Shown here in pieces: positions 25,789-37,127 of a stretch of DNA of 64,000 nucleotides (positions within the stretch are counted from its first letter, which is position 1; every line of letters begins with the position of its first letter). Made by a program: the position numbers and the translations under genes. Where the stretch lies: assembly GCF_030384885.1 (NCBI RefSeq), contig NZ_CP128613.1; one strand, given 5' to 3'. The DNA comes from Escherichia coli. GTDB lineage: Bacteria > Pseudomonadota > Gammaproteobacteria > Enterobacterales > Enterobacteriaceae. The notes under the pieces were generated by a model that worked only from the letters and a program-made list of their open reading frames with translations, was not told the DNA's origin and did no database searches.

Positions 25789-28095
25789 CTACATCCCGTA
25801 GCGTTCGGCAATAGTGGCATGTTTCTCTTCATTCGCCCCGGCTTCTTTGGCGAGACGCCACCAGCACAACGGATGTTCCCAGTCAGCGGTCAATTCGTGC
25901 AAGGTCTTATCGATATCACCTTTAGAAATTGAACGCGGCGCACTGATAACAAAGTAGAATGCGGGAAGTGGCTGCGCATCTTCACCCTGATGACTGTCCG
26001 TTAACGTATAGTCGTCATTACTGTTGCTCCAGTAGTACCAGTTTCGTTCACGGAGCGCCTCACGGAAAGTATTAAACTCTTCTTCACCAGGCATGACACC
26101 TTCGCAGAACCAGGACTCGCCGTATTCGGTCGGGATAATGGTGTTCAGGCACCCATAAAGCGGAGTGAAATTCTTCCGTTCTTCCTCATCCTCTGGTTGG
26201 GTGTTCAATATTTCTGCATCGAATACCACAACTTCATCAACATGTTGCGGATAATCGGTCCGGTAAGTTGGCTCAATGATCCTTGCTGTTACCGGCCCAA
26301 TACGTTGAGCATAGTAATAGCGGTATTCATAATTTTCCCGGAAGCGGATGTTTAACAGCCCCCATTTTTCGTCAATAAAACCTTCGCCTTCCGTGAGCTC
26401 GATTTCCAGTTCAGCAGCAATAGCACGAACCAAATCCCATTGTTGCAGGATGCTGGCGGTCGCCATGATATCCCACTGGAGATTGCGAATATCTTCTTCA
26501 CGGCTAATCATCAGTTGCTGCAATTGTTGTAAATAATCCAGCTGTCGATCCCAGGCTTCCTGTTTTTGTGCTGCCCAAGAGCACATGCGATAAACGCCAA
26601 CCCACTCACGCCCTTTTTCGTGTTGCAGCAACTGTTGCCCAATCGACTCCAGTTCACTCCAGTCTTCCTGTTGGTTGAGCACTCGCGCACGGAACCACAA
26701 GGCCATATGTAGCAGCCCCGCCTGTTCATACTGCTTCGCCAGGTGCTCAATGGTTTGCAGATCGTCACGGTGGAGCAATAAATCCAACAGATCGAAGCAA
26801 AGACCATTATCTTCCTGGATGTGGCTTTCGACGTAGCGTTGCAGAAGTTCAATCGACTCATCAATCGCATTACAGGCGTTTAACGCATTGACCAGTTTGC
26901 CCAGCAATTCCGCATCATCTGGCGCGTTCAGGTAAGCGCGGCGGAATGTTTCGACGTCTTTTTCTGGATCTGGTTGCGTTTCTTCATCGCTATTTTCAGG
27001 TACTTCTACAACCGGACGAGCAAGCAACTCTGCTTCTTTGGCGGCGATTTTTTCACTCAGTTCGAGAAACTCACGATCAACCCCCAGTAACACGCGTAAT
27101 TTTGGCATGTGTCGCTGGGCCAGTTTCATCGCTATTTTGGCAACCCAGACGGATTCACGCTCCAGCGCCAGGGTAATTTGCAGTTTCGCCAGATCAACCA
27201 CTTTGCGGTGCGCTCCGGCCTGCGAGCGGTGCTCCAGCATTTTTTGGATGATGCGCGCCAGTTGCCAGTTGTTTCTTTGTGGATGACGGGGAAGTAACAC
27301 AGTAATGATTTTCAGCCATGACCCCCATGAATGGGGAGTCAGATCTGACCAACGCGGTAATTCCTCCCAGACTTCTTCGTCCTGCCCGCATAACGCCATG
27401 ATGTACAGTTTTTTGAGGTGATTACTAATGCGGTCGCGGCCCCAGTAATCATTGGCTTCTGTCAGCTCATCAATCAGTATGCGTGCTTCATCATAACGCT
27501 GAAGTTCAATCAGAATATCGGCACGAGTATAAAGTAATGCATCAATATCATCTTCCCCGGCTGCTTTAACTGCGTCGATTTGTCGATCCAGATAAGCCAA
27601 TGCCTCCTCTATTCTTTTGGAATCTATCAGTGCACTGGCATATTCAGTGGACAAACACTGAAAACAGCTCCAGGTCGGATCAATCCGCGCGATGGTTTCT
27701 TCACATACCGCCATACGTTCATTCGCCCAGCCAGGTGCATCAATATTTTCGTAGCAGGCGGATAAATCCTGGGTAACGCAGATAGATTGTGGGCAATCTT
27801 TTGTCTCTTCCCGGTGCGCTTTTTCAAACAGCGCCACTACGTCAGGCAGTACTTTTTCACCTTCTTCGCGGTTAGTCAGGCGATGGCGCATTTCCCAGTG
27901 ACCAATAAAAATCTCCAGCCACGGATTTTTTGCCACCTGGGTAAGTGCTTTTACTTCAGGTAACAGCGAATCGCACTTTTCCATTTGCAGGTGCATAACG
28001 CCTTCCGAATAATCATCGATAAGTTGCGGAATATATTCCTGCCCGGCATCGCGTAACTCCTTAGTATATTTGTGATACCACTCCCATATATCCAT
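25789..28095 (-). CDS. hypothetical 768-aa acidic, predominantly alpha-helical protein, partner of the Hsp90-like ATPase
   Basis: Long uninterrupted ORF; ATG lies 1 nt after the stop of the upstream gene with RBS aagga; sequence is helix-rich and repeat-like; no catalytic motif recognised. Confidence 0.8.
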   Translation of the reverse strand: MDIWEWYHKYTKELRDAGQEYIPQLIDDYSEGVMHLQMEKCDSLLPEVKALTQVAKNPWLEIFIGHWEMRHRLTNREEGEKVLPDVVALFEKAHREETKDCPQSICVTQDLSACYENIDAPGWANERMAVCEETIARIDPTWSCFQCLSTEYASALIDSKRIEEALAYLDRQIDAVKAAGEDDIDALLYTRADILIELQRYDEARILIDELTEANDYWGRDRISNHLKKLYIMALCGQDEEVWEELPRWSDLTPHSWGSWLKIITVLLPRHPQRNNWQLARIIQKMLEHRSQAGAHRKVVDLAKLQITLALERESVWVAKIAMKLAQRHMPKLRVLLGVDREFLELSEKIAAKEAELLARPVVEVPENSDEETQPDPEKDVETFRRAYLNAPDDAELLGKLVNALNACNAIDESIELLQRYVESHIQEDNGLCFDLLDLLLHRDDLQTIEHLAKQYEQAGLLHMALWFRARVLNQQEDWSELESIGQQLLQHEKGREWVGVYRMCSWAAQKQEAWDRQLDYLQQLQQLMISREEDIRNLQWDIMATASILQQWDLVRAIAAELEIELTEGEGFIDEKWGLLNIRFRENYEYRYYYAQRIGPVTARIIEPTYRTDYPQHVDEVVVFDAEILNTQPEDEEERKNFTPLYGCLNTIIPTEYGESWFCEGVMPGEEEFNTFREALRERNWYYWSNSNDDYTLTDSHQGEDAQPLPAFYFVISAPRSISKGDIDKTLHELTADWEHPLCWWRLAKEAGANEEKHATIAERYGM

Positions 28096-28096
28096 T

Positions 28097-29932
28097 TTAT
28101 TTTCCTTGATTAATTAAGACAGGAATAACCTGAGTAAAATCTTCCAGTGCCTGATGTAAATCCCACTGCTGTTCTTTATTACCACTGGAGCACAAAATCA
28201 CTTTCAGCGATTTTAATAACCGTAATGCTGCCGCTGGCTGTTGATGGTGTTGTAATGCCGTCACCAGTTGCATGACACAGGGGTTATTAAGATTGATATA
28301 CAGACTTGAAGTTTTAGTCTTTTGGATTTGCGAGGTAAATTGCCGCGCCAGCATTAACGCTGCGGTGCTGATGCGTTTATCTGCGTCATCCTGTTCGAGA
28401 ATTTGTTTTAATTCTGCTTCGCGGTCTGGCGTGACCACGAGCGGTAAAACCGCTGGTTCGAAGCGGGAGATAATTAATTGCTCGCCGTCGCAAAGATGCT
28501 CTTCCAGATAAGCAACCTGCTCTTCAGGTAATTCTGCCAGGCTGAACAACTGCTCATTACCCGTTTGCGTACCGACTTCGATAATCCGGCAGTGATATAA
28601 CAGCGCCCAACGACGTAAAAATGGCACCACCGCATAACGATCGCCACGGGCTACGGGCCGTTGCAGAATATGAAACAACATCTCTTCAAAACCGCCGTCG
28701 CGGCTTAACAGAATATGAATGCTGTTATTAACGCGTAAATCCTTCGCCAGCAACGCCCCTTTTGACGTTGGCACCTGCAAGCGATCTTTGAGCAAATCAA
28801 ACAGACGGTCATCACATAATGCCGCACCGAGCAACGCTTCGTTGTGGCGCATTAATACACGCCGCCAGATTTCTGGCTGATTTTGTGCGAGATCGGACAA
28901 ACCAGAAATCAGCGCCTCTTTTAACGCCTCCTGCACCGCAACCCAGGTTTCGTCCCGCTGGAGATCTTCCCGGCTCGCCGTAGGCGTTAGTTTCGATGAC
29001 TCAATCACGCCGCCAATAAATCCGGCCCAGGGAGGTAACAACTCACGCGCTTCATCATCCAGTAACATACCGCGCAAAAACAGCGACAGGTTGCGGTTAT
29101 CGCTGGTGCCGTAGGTTGCGCCATCCTGAATCCATAAAATCCCGACCGCATCGCTCATACCCGCTGGCACCACCGGAATGGTGCAAATCGGTTCAAAGGA
29201 GGATTCAAACTGGGCGGCAAAGGCGAGATTTTTACGCTGCACCAGCGCGCGGTGTATGGTTACGCCTTCGGGGGCAACTTCACGCCACGGTGGTTGAAGT
29301 TTATTTACCGGCTCGCTGGCATCGCCGACATAGACCGGTTCGTGCAGCAATATGCAGTAGCGGGAAAGAACGCGGTTCAGCAGATTATTACTCGCCAGAT
29401 GGCTGTACTCTTCTTTGAGCGTCAGAATCACCTGCGTTCCCGGCGCCGAGGACTGATGCGGCGTAACGGTATATTTTTGCCCGTCGGTAGAGTGGTATTT
29501 CCAGCTCTGATCCGGCGTTTGCCAGGATGTGGTCAACACCGTGACCTCTTTCGCCAACACAAAGGCCGACAAAAAACCGAGGCCGAACATACCAATTAAA
29601 CCGGTGTTGTCATCCTGCTGGCGCAACATTCGGGTATAACCCACGCCCACTGTCGCCAGGAAGCCGTGAATTTCGCTTTCTGTCAGACCCGCACCGGTAT
29701 CGGTAATGGTGATGGTGGACTTCGCCACGTCTGCCACTACACGAATTTGGTTATCCTTTGGCGCATCGGGCTGCTCAATCCTGCGGCGAACGATCGCATC
29801 ATGGCCGTTCTGCACCAGCTCGCGCACGGCAACTACGGGAGTGGAGTAAAGATGCTTACTGAGCACCTCAATTAAACCGTTTAAATTAACTTCTGTAGAA
29901 TATGAACTGCCAGGTAACTGTAATGTACTCAT
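28097..29932 (-). CDS. Hsp90/HtpG-like GHKL ATPase paralog (611 aa)
   Basis: Bergerat-fold motifs: N-box RELVQNGHDA, G1 box ITITDTGAGLT, G2 box GMFGLGFLSAFVLAKEVTV; length close to HtpG; in-frame stop two codons upstream of the ATG. Confidence 0.85.
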   Translation of the reverse strand: MSTLQLPGSSYSTEVNLNGLIEVLSKHLYSTPVVAVRELVQNGHDAIVRRRIEQPDAPKDNQIRVVADVAKSTITITDTGAGLTESEIHGFLATVGVGYTRMLRQQDDNTGLIGMFGLGFLSAFVLAKEVTVLTTSWQTPDQSWKYHSTDGQKYTVTPHQSSAPGTQVILTLKEEYSHLASNNLLNRVLSRYCILLHEPVYVGDASEPVNKLQPPWREVAPEGVTIHRALVQRKNLAFAAQFESSFEPICTIPVVPAGMSDAVGILWIQDGATYGTSDNRNLSLFLRGMLLDDEARELLPPWAGFIGGVIESSKLTPTASREDLQRDETWVAVQEALKEALISGLSDLAQNQPEIWRRVLMRHNEALLGAALCDDRLFDLLKDRLQVPTSKGALLAKDLRVNNSIHILLSRDGGFEEMLFHILQRPVARGDRYAVVPFLRRWALLYHCRIIEVGTQTGNEQLFSLAELPEEQVAYLEEHLCDGEQLIISRFEPAVLPLVVTPDREAELKQILEQDDADKRISTAALMLARQFTSQIQKTKTSSLYINLNNPCVMQLVTALQHHQQPAAALRLLKSLKVILCSSGNKEQQWDLHQALEDFTQVIPVLINQGK

Positions 29933-30243
29933 TTTTCAATACTCATAATCCATCACCTACTATTGAAAATACATTGCTGTTTTTTACAACCGGTGCAAGG
30001 TTTGTTATTTGCATTCACTCATCGGAAACATTTATTTATTGACGCGATGATTAAAACAAAATGTCTTATATAAATAATGATTAATTCTTAAAGGATTAAT
30101 GCGACTGGAGTATATCGATATAAACTGGAATTAACGAGATAATTTCTTGTGGTGAAATTATTATTTAAATGCTGAATAATATATTGAGGATTATTTAATA
30201 GAAAAATAAAACCGCAATCCAGAATCAGAATTGCGGTATTTCT

Positions 30244-31080
30244 TTAATTATGAATCAAACGCTGCGGATGGGTATAAACCGTTGCCCGACCCGGCTTACA
30301 AAAGCCCACCAGCGTCAAATTACAGCGCTCAGCCACTTCTACGGCAAGCGTGGTCGCGGCAGACACCGCAAACAAAATTTCTACGCCGCACATCGCTGAC
30401 TTTTGCACCATTTCATAACTGGCACGACTGGAAACCAGCACCGCACCTTGATGCCAGCTTTCCCCTTCTTGTGACCGGCGGCCTAACAGTTTATCCAGCG
30501 CCACATGGCGACCCACGTCTTCATGCCCGCCTACCAGTTCGCCAGATGGCAACATCCAGGCAGCGGCGTGAGTACAACCAGTCAGTTGCCCCACTGGCTG
30601 GAAATCATTGAGATGGCGTAATGCATCATCCAGTTTGTTGAGATCAAATGTCTGAGTGAACGGCAGCGGCTGCACCGGTTTACCGATGTCATTAAGTTGC
30701 TCCACGCCGCACACGCCACATCCCGTACGTCCCGCCAGTGCCCGACGACGCTCCTTCAACCCCATAAAGCGGCGGCTGGAAAGCTCAATTTGCACTTCCA
30801 GACCATTACAGGAAGGAACGACATCCATGCCAAAGATATCGCGCGGACTTTCGATAATCCCCTCGGAAAGCGAAAAACCGAGCGCAAAGTATTCAAGGTC
30901 TTTGGGCGACGCCATCATCACCACATGCGAAATGCCGTTGTAGACCAGCGCAACGGGAACCTCTTCCGCCACCTCATCTAACCGTGGGTGTTGTAAATCG
31001 TCACGCCGCCATAACTCAATTTGACGAACACCTGTGACATTTGTCACATTTTTGATTTCTTTTTGCTGTGTTTTTTTCAC
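30244..31080 (-). CDS. fdhD: formate dehydrogenase sulfurtransferase/accessory protein
   Basis: 278-aa ORF; recognised FdhD sequence (GRTGCGVCG motif); divergent from fdoG. Confidence 0.92.
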   Translation of the reverse strand: MKKTQQKEIKNVTNVTGVRQIELWRRDDLQHPRLDEVAEEVPVALVYNGISHVVMMASPKDLEYFALGFSLSEGIIESPRDIFGMDVVPSCNGLEVQIELSSRRFMGLKERRRALAGRTGCGVCGVEQLNDIGKPVQPLPFTQTFDLNKLDDALRHLNDFQPVGQLTGCTHAAAWMLPSGELVGGHEDVGRHVALDKLLGRRSQEGESWHQGAVLVSSRASYEMVQKSAMCGVEILFAVSAATTLAVEVAERCNLTLVGFCKPGRATVYTHPQRLIHN

Positions 31081-31273
31081 TTTCTATTAACCGGATAAGA
31101 ACACACACACCAACATTATGGTATTCTGTTACAAACCCTTCCTGGATGGAGGGAAATTGAGCCAATTCTGGACCTTTGCGGCCCCTTCCGCAAAGAAAAA
31201 TAACTCCCACTCCCTGCACACGCAGCAAGCGAATGTAAATGGGACGTGACAATGTCGAAACAAGGAGCAATCC

Positions 31274-34200
31274 ATGCAGGTCAGCAGAAGGCAGTTCTTT
31301 AAGATCTGCGCTGGCGGTATGGCAGGCACCACGGCAGCGGCACTGGGTTTTGCACCCAGCGTAGCACTCGCGGAAACCCGGCAGTATAAACTGCTGCGCA
31401 CCCGCGAAACCCGTAATACCTGCACCTATTGTTCCGTAGGCTGTGGGCTGTTGATGTACAGCCTCGGTGACGGAGCAAAAAACGCCAAAGCATCTATCTT
31501 CCATATCGAAGGTGACCCGGATCACCCGGTCAACCGCGGTGCACTTTGTCCGAAAGGCGCTGGCCTGGTGGATTTCATCCACTCCGAAAGCCGTCTGAAG
31601 TTCCCGGAATACCGTGCCCCTGGTTCTGATAAATGGCAGCAAATCAGTTGGGAAGAAGCGTTTGATCGCATCGCCAAATTGATGAAAGAAGACCGCGATG
31701 CTAACTACATTGCGCAAAACGCCGAAGGCGTGACTGTTAACCGCTGGCTCTCCACCGGAATGCTGTGTGCTTCCGCGTCGAGTAACGAAACCGGCTATTT
31801 AACGCAAAAATTCTCCCGCGCGCTGGGTATGCTCGCGGTCGACAACCAGGCGCGTGTCTGACACGGACCAACGGTAGCAAGTCTTGCTCCAACATTTGGT
31901 CGCGGTGCGATGACCAACCACTGGGTCGACATCAAGAACGCCAACCTCGTCGTGGTGATGGGCGGTAACGCCGCTGAAGCTCACCCGGTCGGGTTCCGCT
32001 GGGCGATGGAAGCCAAAATTCACAACGGCGCGAAGCTGATTGTGATCGATCCTCGCTTTACGCGTACGGCGGCGGTGGCTGACTACTATGCCCCTATTCG
32101 TTCCGGTACTGACATTGCTTTCCTGTCAGGCGTATTGCTGTACCTGCTGAACAATGAAAAATTCAACCGCGAATACACCGAAGCCTATACCAACGCCAGC
32201 CTGATCGTGCGTGAGGATTACGGCTTTGAAGATGGCCTGTTCACCGGCTACGACGCGGAAAAACGCAAGTACGATAAATCCAGCTGGACCTACGAGCTGG
32301 ACGAAAACGGCTTCGCCAAACGCGATACCACGCTGCAACATCCGCGCTGCGTGTGGAACTTGCTGAAACAGCACGTTTCCCGTTATACGCCAGATGTGGT
32401 TGAAAACATCTGTGGCACGCCGAAAGACGCGTTCCTGAAAGTCTGCGAATACATCGCAGAGACCAGTGCTCACGATAAAACTGCCTCGTTCCTTTACGCG
32501 CTCGGCTGGACGCAACACTCCGTTGGTGCGCAGAACATTCGTACGATGGCGATGATCCAGCTACTGCTCGGCAATATGGGGATGGCAGGCGGCGGCGTTA
32601 ACGCCCTGCGCGGTCACTCCAACATTCAGGGGCTGACGGACCTGGGGCTGCTGTCGCAGAGCCTGCCAGGTTACATGACGCTGCCAAGCGAGAAGCAGAC
32701 CGATCTGCAAACCTACCTTGCCGCCAATACGCCGAAACCGCTGCTGGAAGGCCAGGTTAACTACTGGGGCAATTACCCGAAATTCTTCGTCTCCATGATG
32801 AAGGCCTTCTTTGGTGATAAAGCGACGGCAGAAAACAGCTGGGGCTTTGACTGGTTGCCGAAGTGGGATAAAGGCTACGACGTCCTGCAATACTTCGAGA
32901 TGATGAAAGAGGGCAAGGTCAATGGCTATATCTGCCAGGGCTTTAACCCTGTTGCCTCATTCCCGAACAAAAACAAAGTGATCGGTTGTCTGTCGAAACT
33001 GAAGTTCCTCGTCACTATCGACCCGCTGAACACTGAAACCTCTAACTTCTGGCAGAACCACGGTGAGCTGAACGAAGTGGACTCGTCGAAGATCCAGACC
33101 GAAGTGTTCCGTCTGCCATCGACCTGCTTCGCGGAAGAGAACGGTTCAATCGTTAACTCCGGTCGCTGGTTGCAGTGGCACTGGAAAGGTGCGGACGCCC
33201 CAGGGATTGCGCTGACTGATGGCGAGATCCTCTCCGGTATCTTCCTGCGCTTGCGCAAGATGTACGCCGAACAGGGTGGCGCGAACCCGGACCAGGTGCT
33301 GAACATGACCTGGAACTACGCCATCCCGCATGAGCCGAAGTCGGAAGAAGTGGCGATGGAGAGCAACGGTAAGGCGCTGGCCGATATTACCGATCCGGCA
33401 ACCGGGGCGGTTATCGTCAAGAAAGGCCAACAACTTAGCTCGTTCGCCCAACTGCGCGATGACGGTACCACCTCCTGTGGCTGCTGGATTTTCGCCGGTA
33501 GCTGGACGCCAGAGGGCAACCAGATGGCACGCCGTGATAACGCCGATCCGTCTGGCCTCGGTAACACGCTGGGCTGGGCATGGGCATGGCCGCTTAACCG
33601 CCGCATTCTGTATAACCGCGCCTCCGCAGATCCGCAGGGTAACCCGTGGGATCCGAAGCGTCAGTTGCTGAAATGGGACGGCACCAAATGGACCGGCTGG
33701 GATATTCCGGACTACAGCGCAGCGCCTCCGGGCAGTGGCGTCGGGCCGTTTATCATGCAGCAGGAAGGCATGGGGCGTCTGTTTGCCCTCGATAAGATGG
33801 CGGAAGGTCCGTTCCCGGAACACTACGAGCCGTTTGAAACGCCGCTGGGAACTAACCCACTGCATCCAAACGTTATCTCGAACCCGGCGGCGCGAATCTT
33901 TAAAGACGATGCCGAAGCATTGGGTAAAGCCGATAAGTTCCCGTATGTCGGAACCACCTATCGTCTGACCGAGCACTTCCACTACTGGACCAAACACGCG
34001 CTGTTGAATGCGATTTTGCAGCCAGAGCAGTTTGTGGAAATCGGGGAGTCGCTGGCGAATAAACTTGGCATTGCCCAGGGCGATACCGTGAAAGTCTCCT
34101 CCAACCGTGGCTATATCAAAGCCAAAGCGGTGGTGACCAAACGTATTCGTACGCTAAAAGCGAACGGCAAAGATATCGATACCATCGGTATTCCGATTCA

Positions 34201-34324
34201 CTGGGGCTATGAAGGTGTTGCGAAAAAAGGCTTTATTGCCAACACGTTAACGCCATTCGTTGGTGATGCGAACACGCAGACGCCGGAGTTTAAGTCCTTC
34301 CTTGTGAATGTGGAAAAGGTGTAA
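31274..34324 (+). CDS. fdoG: formate dehydrogenase-O catalytic subunit (selenoprotein; in-frame UGA at 31859-31861)
   Basis: ORFs 31274-31861 and 31910-34324 share one frame and are joined through TGA (..DNQARV-U-HGPTVASLAPTFG..); twin-arginine signal MQVSRRQFFKICAGG; 1016 codons. Confidence 0.93.
31859..31910 (+). promoter_or_regulatory. UGA(Sec) codon plus downstream SECIS-type stem-loop
   Basis: Directly 3' of the in-frame UGA, as bacterial SECIS elements are; the fold was not computed. Confidence 0.6.
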
Positions 34325-34336
34325 CGGAGACGACAT

Positions 34337-35239
34337 ATGGCTTATCAATCTCAAGATATCATTCGTCGTTCCGCGACTAACGGTCTGACCCCCGCGCCTC
34401 AGGCGCGGGACTTCCAGGAAGAAGTGGCGAAACTCATCGACGTCACCACCTGTATCGGCTGTAAAGCCTGTCAGGTGGCGTGTTCAGAGTGGAACGACAT
34501 TCGCGATACCGTCGGCAATAACATTGGGGTGTACGACAACCCCAATGATTTAAGCGCCAAATCGTGGACGGTAATGCGCTTCTCGGAAGTGGAGCAGAAC
34601 GACAAACTGGAATGGCTGATCCGCAAAGACGGCTGTATGCACTGTTCCGATCCAGGCTGCCTGAAAGCGTGCCCGGCGGAAGGAGCAATTATTCAGTATG
34701 CCAACGGTATCGTCGACTTCCAGTCCGAGCAGTGCATCGGCTGCGGTTATTGCATTGCGGGCTGTCCGTTCGACATTCCGCGCCTCAACCCGGAAGACAA
34801 CCGCGTCTACAAATGTACACTGTGCGTTGACCGCGTGGTGGTTGGGCAAGAACCGGCCTGTGTGAAAACCTGCCCGACGGGGGCGATTCACTTCGGTACG
34901 AAAGAGTCGATGAAAACGCTGGCGAGCGAGCGCGTGGCTGAGCTGAAAACCCGTGGTTACGACAATGCGGGTCTGTACGATCCGGCAGGCGTGGGTGGTA
35001 CGCATGTTATGTACGTGCTGCACCATGCTGACAAGCCAAATCTGTATCATGGCTTGCCGGAGAACCCGGAAATCAGCGAAACCGTGAAGTTCTGGAAAGG
35101 CATCTGGAAACCGCTCGCGGCTGTTGGCTTTGCGGCTACCTTTGCGGCCAGTATCTTCCACTACGTGGGTGTCGGTCCGAACCGTGCGGATGAGGAAGAG
35201 AATAATCTGCACGAAGAGAAAGACGAGGAGCGCAAATGA
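34337..35239 (+). CDS. fdoH: formate dehydrogenase-O Fe-S subunit
   Basis: 300-aa ORF with multiple CxxCxxCxxxCP ferredoxin motifs. Confidence 0.95.
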
Positions 35240-35871
35240 AACGACGTGACACCATCGTGCGCTACACCGCGCCGGAACGTATCAACCACTGGATCACCGC
35301 CTTCTGCTTCATCCTGGCGGCGGTGAGCGGGCTGGGCTTTTTGTTCCCTTCCTTCAACTGGTTGATGCAAATCATGGGCACACCGCAGCTGGCGCGCATT
35401 CTGCACCCGTTTGTCGGCGTGGTTATGTTTGCCTCGTTCATCATCATGTTTTTCCGTTACTGGCATCACAACCTAATCAATCGGGATGATATCTTTTGGG
35501 CGAAGAATATTCGTAAGATCGTCGTCAACGAGGAAGTAGGTGACACCGGGCGTTATAACTTCGGTCAGAAATGCGTTTTCTGGGCGGCGATTATTTTCCT
35601 GGTCCTGCTGCTGGTGAGCGGTGTGATTATCTGGCGTCCTTATTTTGCGCCTGCTTTCTCAATCCCGGTGATCCGATTCGCGTTAATGCTGCATTCATTT
35701 GCCGCAGTGGCGTTAATTGTGGTTATCATGGTGCATATCTACGCCGCCCTTTGGGTGAAAGGCACGATTACCGCCATGGTGGAAGGATGGGTTACCAGCG
35801 CCTGGGCGAAGAAACATCACCCACGCTGGTACCGTGAGGTCCGCAAGACAACGGAAAAGAAAGCTGAATGA
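35236..35871 (+). CDS. fdoI: formate dehydrogenase-O cytochrome b556 subunit
   Basis: 211-aa membrane ORF; 4-nt overlap with fdoH. Confidence 0.93.
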
Positions 35872-36797
35872 GTATTCGCATAATCCCGCAAGATGAGCTG
35901 GGTTCGAGCGAGAAACGTACGGCGGATATGATTCCGCCGTTATTGTTCCCTCGGCTCAAAAATTTATACAACCGCCGCGCTGAACGTCTGCGCGAGCTGG
36001 CAGAAAATAATCCGCTGGGTGATTACCTGCGTTTTGCTGCGCTTATCGCCCACGCCCAGGAAGTGGTGCTGTACGACCATCCGCTGGAGATGGATCTGAC
36101 CGCGCGCATTAAAGAAGCCAGCGCACAAGGCAAGCCACCGCTGGATATTCACGTTTTGCCGCGTGATAAGCACTGGCAAAAGCTGCTGATGGCAATGATT
36201 GCTGAGCTGAAACCTGAAATGAGCGGCCCGGCGCTGGCAGTGATTGAGAATCTGGAGAAGGCATCAAGCCAGGAGCTGGAAGATATGGCCAGCGCACTGT
36301 TTGCCTCTGATTTCTCGTCCGTCAGCAGCGATAAAGCGCCGTTTATCTGGGCTGCACTGTCACTCTACTGGGCGCAGATGGCCAATCTGATCCCGGGCAA
36401 AGCCCGCGCTGAATACGGCGAACAACGTCAATATTGCCCGGTTTGTGGTTCTATGCCGGTGTCCAGTATGGTGCAAATTGGCACCACTCAGGGTCTGCGT
36501 TACCTGCACTGCAACCTGTGTGAAACTGAATGGCACGTAGTGCGCGTAAAATGCAGCAACTGTGAACAGAGCGGCAAACTGCATTACTGGTCGCTGGATG
36601 ACGAACAGGCCGCGATTAAAGCCGAAAGCTGCGATGACTGCGGCACTTACCTGAAGATTCTTTATCAGGAAAAAGAGCCGAAAGTTGAAGCCGTGGCAGA
36701 TGACCTCGCCTCTCTGGTACTGGATGCGCGAATGGAGCAAGAAGGCTACGCCCGCAGTTCCATTAACCCGTTCCTGTTTCCGGGTGAAGGGGAGTAA
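35868..36797 (+). CDS. fdhE: formate dehydrogenase formation protein
   Basis: 309-aa ORF with CxxC pairs; 4-nt overlap with fdoI. Confidence 0.93.
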   Translation: MSIRIIPQDELGSSEKRTADMIPPLLFPRLKNLYNRRAERLRELAENNPLGDYLRFAALIAHAQEVVLYDHPLEMDLTARIKEASAQGKPPLDIHVLPRDKHWQKLLMAMIAELKPEMSGPALAVIENLEKASSQELEDMASALFASDFSSVSSDKAPFIWAALSLYWAQMANLIPGKARAEYGEQRQYCPVCGSMPVSSMVQIGTTQGLRYLHCNLCETEWHVVRVKCSNCEQSGKLHYWSLDDEQAAIKAESCDDCGTYLKILYQEKEPKVEAVADDLASLVLDARMEQEGYARSSINPFLFPGEGE

Positions 36798-36979
36798 TCT
36801 CTGACGTTTTCCGGGTGGCGCAGGTCGCCCGGATTACAGTTGATAGGGTATGACGACACCATCTCTCGTATTCCGCGTTACCCATTCAAGACCATGCTGT
36901 TAGTGCCTGTTTGGCCTCATTCTTCCCGCCAACACATCGATAAGGTTATTGGTATGTCACTGATGACAAGCGTAAGATT

Positions 36980-37080
36980 GCCTGATGCGCTGCGCTTATC
37001 AGGCCTACCAATAAACTGCAATATGTTGAATTTGCACGACTTTGTAGGCAGGATAAGGCGTTCACGCCGCATCCGGCATG
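36980..37080. repeat. REP/BIME palindromic cluster
   Basis: gcctgatgcgctgcgcttatcaggcctac ... gtaggcaggataaggcgttcacgccgcatccggcatg after fdhE. Confidence 0.8.
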
Positions 37081-37127
37081 AACAACTCGCACGTTGTCAG
37101 CAATCTGATTGATATCATTTTTTCCCA

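Noticed and set aside
25580-30243. Prophage, integron or IS element as the origin of the yiiG-fdhD insertion
   Set aside because: No integrase, transposase, terminal inverted repeats, attC-like sites or phage structural genes were recognisable; only two cargo genes with AT-rich flanks.
31274-34324. fdoG as a disrupted gene or pseudogene because of the internal TGA
   Set aside because: The TGA is at the conserved selenocysteine position of formate dehydrogenase catalytic subunits and both segments are in one frame; this is recoding, not a nonsense mutation.
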